A DNA stretch of 64,000 nt from Alphaproteobacteria bacterium. Lineage in GTDB: Bacteria; Pseudomonadota; Alphaproteobacteria; SP197. Where the stretch lies: the NCBI GenBank assembly GCA_964291265.2, contig OZ219747.1:1152001-1216000 (forward strand), given 5' to 3'. A program made the translations under genes and the position numbers. The first letter of the stretch is position 1. Each line of letters starts with the position of its first letter. This document shows positions 60,485 to 64,000 of this stretch, in pieces. Below the pieces are notes generated by a model. The model had not been told where the DNA came from. It was given only the letters and a program-made list of their open reading frames with translations, and ran no database searches.

Positions 60485-60830
60485 TCGTCTGCATCTGTCG
60501 AGGCGACACCGACACATTCTGGAAAGTCTGATCCGGGAACACCTGCCGGACATTGACGTGTGGGTCTACGGAAGCAGGGTGACCGGGCGCAGCCATGACG
60601 GCAGCGATCTCGATCTGGTGCTCCGGGGGCCGGGACTCAAGGAGATACCGGACAGTCAATTGATCAGTTTCGCGCAAGCGGTGCACGATTCCACGATTCC
60701 GTTTCTCGTCGAGGCGCGGGACTGGGCGCGATTGCCGGAGCGGTTTCACGCGGAGATCGAGCGGGATTATCACGTATTCGTTGTCCCAGGGCATGACGCG
60801 GACATGGGGCCCCAAGCCGTAACCGATTGA
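60477..60830 (+). CDS. minimal nucleotidyltransferase (MNT, HI0073 family)
   Basis: VWVYGSRVTGRSHDGSDLDL (GSx10DxD); overlaps the HEPN gene. Confidence 0.9.
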   Translation: MTDRLHLSRRHRHILESLIREHLPDIDVWVYGSRVTGRSHDGSDLDLVLRGPGLKEIPDSQLISFAQAVHDSTIPFLVEARDWARLPERFHAEIERDYHVFVVPGHDADMGPQAVTD

Positions 60831-61065
60831 ACGGGGAAGAAGTCCGGCCCTGCTTGCTGCGGTAGGCGACGGATTGCGAGTCAGGCGGGGCTCGCCTCGA
60901 CATCCGTGGCGACGTCGACTGCGGCCCAGGATCCGCACCATGGCGTCGATGGCGTGATCGACCGAACCGTCATTGACCAGGGCCTCCACATCATCCCCCT
61001 CGCCATGTCCGGCTGTCAGCTTCAGTGTTCCACAAGGGTCACGTGAAGGCGAGGTTCCGGGTCCG

Positions 61066-61377
61066 TCAGCGCAGGCGCCAGACGATGAGAGCGGCGAACA
61101 TGAGAACCGCAACGGGCCAGTGCCAGAAGGCCATCCCGCCCTCGAGGCAGGCCAGCACCAGCATGGAACCGATGGGGAGAAAGAAGCACCCTGCCGGCGT
61201 GGCCCAGATGAGCAGCCAGTCGTTGGCAAACTCCGCCAGGAAGCGGATGACACCGGGCGCTCTCTCCGGCACCGGCACCCGGGGGTTGAGAAACAGCATC
61301 CAGATGCTCACGGCCACCACGCCGAGGGACATCAGGAAAAGCTGCAGCCGGTCGCCCTCCATGCCGGCGATGGACAT
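61066..61377 (-). CDS. small hypothetical membrane protein (3 TM)
   Basis: Three hydrophobic segments; directly downstream of the SDR on the same strand. Confidence 0.5.
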   Translation of the reverse strand: MSIAGMEGDRLQLFLMSLGVVAVSIWMLFLNPRVPVPERAPGVIRFLAEFANDWLLIWATPAGCFFLPIGSMLVLACLEGGMAFWHWPVAVLMFAALIVWRLR

Positions 61378-61398
61378 GACCTCGCCCGTGAAGAACAC

Positions 61399-62220
61399 TC
61401 AGGCGTCCACCGGTTTGCCGGTTCCCGAACCCGACATCATGCCGGCACCGGCCTTCTCCAGCATCGTCATGGAGGGATAGTCCAGGATCATCAGGCCGCC
61501 GTCGACGATGAGTGTCTGTCCGGTGACAAAACTCGCTTCGTCACTGGCAAGGAAAAGGACCGCCGCGGCGATCTCGGCCGGTGTTCCCATGCGTCCCAGG
61601 GCCGATGGCGGAAGAAACCAACCGCCGCCGCCCGAAGGCGGCTCCTCGGCGTCGCGCTCGGTGGTGATCCAGCCGGGCGAGACACCATTGCAGCGCACGC
61701 CGAGGCGGGCCCCTTCCGCCGCAAAACTCCGCACCAGCGCTTCCACCCCTGCCTTCGCAATCGCGTACGTCCCCCAGTTTCCATGCCAGGTCGCCGTCGA
61801 ACTGATGCACACGATGCTGCCGCGTCGGCGCGCGAGATGCGGCAGGGCATGCGAACTGACGAACCAGGGGGCATCAAGATTGGGACCACGCAGCTTCTGC
61901 CAGCGCACCCCGGGAGGATCGCTGTCCTCGACTCCGGCGCGCCGGCCGCCGACACCGGCGTTGTTGACGACGACATCGATGCCGCCGAAACGGTCCGCCA
62001 CCTCCGCGATCATGGCAGCACTCGCGTCTTCCGAGGAGAGTTCGCACGACCAGAAGCCGGTCTCGGCGCCCGCTGCCTCGAGCTCGCCCACAACGCGCTT
62101 TCCCCTATCGCGGTTGCGCCCGACAACGGCGACCCGTGCCCCCTCGGCGGCGAATCTCTTCGCGATTCCCCTGCCAATTCCCGAATTGCCTCCGGTGATC
62201 AGCGCCACCTTGTCTTTCAT
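61399..62220 (-). CDS. short-chain dehydrogenase/reductase
   Basis: TGGNSGIG, VNNAG, YAIAK (YxxxK), TGQTLIVDGG; SD AAGGAG. Confidence 0.93.
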   Translation of the reverse strand: MKDKVALITGGNSGIGRGIAKRFAAEGARVAVVGRNRDRGKRVVGELEAAGAETGFWSCELSSEDASAAMIAEVADRFGGIDVVVNNAGVGGRRAGVEDSDPPGVRWQKLRGPNLDAPWFVSSHALPHLARRRGSIVCISSTATWHGNWGTYAIAKAGVEALVRSFAAEGARLGVRCNGVSPGWITTERDAEEPPSGGGGWFLPPSALGRMGTPAEIAAAVLFLASDEASFVTGQTLIVDGGLMILDYPSMTMLEKAGAGMMSGSGTGKPVDA

Positions 62221-62234
62221 GTGCGGTATCTCCT

Positions 62235-63587
62235 TCACGTGTTGAGGACGGCGACGTCCATCGGTTGGGCCACCCCTTCGACATCGCACGCGGTGACAAC
62301 TTCCAGCGAACCCCCGGTCCACCCCTGCTGCTGCGCCAGATCGAGGGCGGCGCCGGTCACGACGAGTGACGAACCCTGAATCTTGCAGTGCTTTTCGAGC
62401 TTGGCGGCAAGATTGACCGCCTCGCCGATCACCGTGTACTCGAGACGGGTGTCGTCACCGACGGTGCCAAAGATGACGGTGCCCGTGGCGAGGCCCATGC
62501 CCCATGCCAGGAGGCGCTGACCGCGCGATTGCCGGCGCTGGTTCCAGGCGTTCATCTGGCGATCGATGTCGAGTGCCGCGACGATGGCGTCGGCCGCGAA
62601 ACTCCCGCTTGGCGCCGTGGCGCCAAAGGTGATCATGACTCCATCGCCCATGAACTTGTCGATGGCGCCACCATGAGTTCGGGCCGTCGACACGACGAGA
62701 TGCTGATAGCGCGACAGCATGGACAGTGTCTGACCCGGGCCGAGGCGGCCGGAGAGCGCGGTGAATCCCCTCAAGTCCACAAACAGGATCGCGGCATCGC
62801 GCAGCACGCCCTCTCCAGCCGCCAAGACATCTTCGGAATGGGTGATCCGGTCGGCGACTTCCGGAGCGAAGAAGCGGGTGAGATCCTTCGCCGCCTCGCT
62901 GACCGCCACCGAGCGGACGAGCTGCTTGTGCGCCCGGGTCAGCGCGATGACGAGAGTGCCGGTCACAAGGATGAAGGTCAGGATCTTGTCGACCTCGCCG
63001 CCAATCAGGATATCGCTGGTGTAGAGGTAGTGGACGTAGTCGCGCGTGATCTCGCTGGGAACCGGCGCCACGTAGAGCGCATAGACGAGCAGGATCAGCC
63101 ATCCGGTGATCGCCGTGGCGCCCGCCATGAGAACGTAGCGCGGATCAAAGCGCAGGGTGCGCAGCGCGATCAGGACGAAGAGGTAGAGCATGGTCGGCAC
63201 CTGGAGCGAAAAACCCGGGGGCTGGGCGTACTGCAGGTGGAAGCTCCAGATAGTCACCAGCAACACGGTGATGTCGACCACGATCGATGTGACGATGATC
63301 CAGTTGGGCAGGCGCCTGGCATGTGCGAGAACGAGTCGCATCACCGTGAAGAGGAAATAGGTGCCGAGCGCCCACGGCACCGGCTGGAGCATGGTGTCTT
63401 CGGGGAATGTCTTGGGCGAGAACGTGTAGAGCACGGCGAAGAGGATGATGCCGATCATCTGCACCCAGCCGATCAGCACCTCGCTGTCTGCCTGGTCGCG
63501 GGCTATCTGGTTCCTGACACGCTCGGGCAGGTGACCGGTGACCGGTTCGCCAAAGAGCAGGACCCGGAGTCTGGCGGCAGTGGTCAT
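62235..63587 (-). CDS. membrane-bound class III adenylate/guanylate cyclase
   Basis: N-terminal TM helices; LFVDLRGFT, DKFMGDGV, YTVIGEAVNLAAKLE. Confidence 0.93.
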   Translation of the reverse strand: MTTAARLRVLLFGEPVTGHLPERVRNQIARDQADSEVLIGWVQMIGIILFAVLYTFSPKTFPEDTMLQPVPWALGTYFLFTVMRLVLAHARRLPNWIIVTSIVVDITVLLVTIWSFHLQYAQPPGFSLQVPTMLYLFVLIALRTLRFDPRYVLMAGATAITGWLILLVYALYVAPVPSEITRDYVHYLYTSDILIGGEVDKILTFILVTGTLVIALTRAHKQLVRSVAVSEAAKDLTRFFAPEVADRITHSEDVLAAGEGVLRDAAILFVDLRGFTALSGRLGPGQTLSMLSRYQHLVVSTARTHGGAIDKFMGDGVMITFGATAPSGSFAADAIVAALDIDRQMNAWNQRRQSRGQRLLAWGMGLATGTVIFGTVGDDTRLEYTVIGEAVNLAAKLEKHCKIQGSSLVVTGAALDLAQQQGWTGGSLEVVTACDVEGVAQPMDVAVLNT

Positions 63588-64000
63588 CACGGCCGGGTCA
63601 TCCAAAGGCTGGTTTCGAGAGCGCCCGGGAGAAGCGGGAGGTCTGTGAGAACACCCGTGAGGAGACGATCCGGATGCTGTCGGGTCATGTAGTGGCTGGC
63701 AAAGAGTGGTGTCCAGGATCCTCCGGTCAGCATCGGTGCCACCACCAGCTGTTCATTGTAGCCGCGCCAGTCCCAGGAGCGGGGATAGTCGAAGGGGAGG
63801 AAGATGTCGTGGACATGAACGATGACCCCGACCGGAAGGCCGGGCACGATCCGGTTGAAGAGCTCGTCCACGTCGCTTCCCGGCATGGCGACATGGCTCG
63901 AATCGATGAACAGCATGTCGCCCTTGCCCAGATCTGTCACGACGGCGGGGTCGGCGTCGTGAAGCATGGTCTTCATCCATGAGACGCCGCGGGCGGGAAG
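63587..64000 (-). CDS. class I SAM-dependent methyltransferase, 5' part outside the window
   Basis: LFIDSSH, GSDV, VHVHDIFLP, YNEQ. Confidence 0.85.
   Translation of the reverse strand, partial: LPARGVSWMKTMLHDADPAVVTDLGKGDMLFIDSSHVAMPGSDVDELFNRIVPGLPVGVIVHVHDIFLPFDYPRSWDWRGYNEQLVVAPMLTGGSWTPLFASHYMTRQHPDRLLTGVLTDLPLLPGALETSLWMTRP

Noticed and set aside
769-63692. Long antisense ORFs (e.g. 769-2400, 2511-4127, 11761-13401, 15834-17477, 30245-31900, 39139-40980, 49135-50670, 52207-53724, 62388-63692)
   Set aside because: They are shadows of well-supported genes on the opposite strand in GC-rich DNA and carry no motifs of their own.

Overview
GC-rich bacterial DNA, alphaproteobacterial by gene content, made mostly of catabolic and transport clusters and showing heavy gene decay. 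From left to right: (i) a peptide/nickel-type ABC transporter operon; (ii) an uncharacterised minus-strand cluster with two AhpD-like enzymes, a non-pyrrolysine MttB, a PLP decarboxylase, a 2OG-Fe(II) oxygenase and an M29/NicX-like protein; (iii) a collapsed sarcosine oxidase (soxB/soxA) pseudo-operon interrupted by a fully delimited 5326-bp IS21-family element (15153-20478, imperfect ~49-bp TIRs, CCCTC target duplication); (iv) a GntR regulator with a second peptide-type ABC operon; (v) a decayed higBA-mrr islet; (vi) a ~22-kb divergent polyol/sugar locus (ery/mpt-like) containing an 881-bp IS110 relic; (vii) GST, 3-hydroxyacyl-CoA dehydrogenase, a degenerate 2OG oxygenase, an MFS transporter, choline sulfatase, a HEPN/MNT pair, an SDR, a membrane adenylate/guanylate cyclase and a partial methyltransferase. 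The best candidate for an undescribed system is the IS21 element. Besides istA/istB it carries a Cys-rich ORF, a coupled Toprim primase-like gene, a small basic ORF and a duplicated hairpin-rich segment. It also shows a mirror-image strand skew, T-rich at the left end and A-rich at the right. No rRNA, tRNA or CRISPR array was seen. All calls come from reading motifs by eye; no searches were run.
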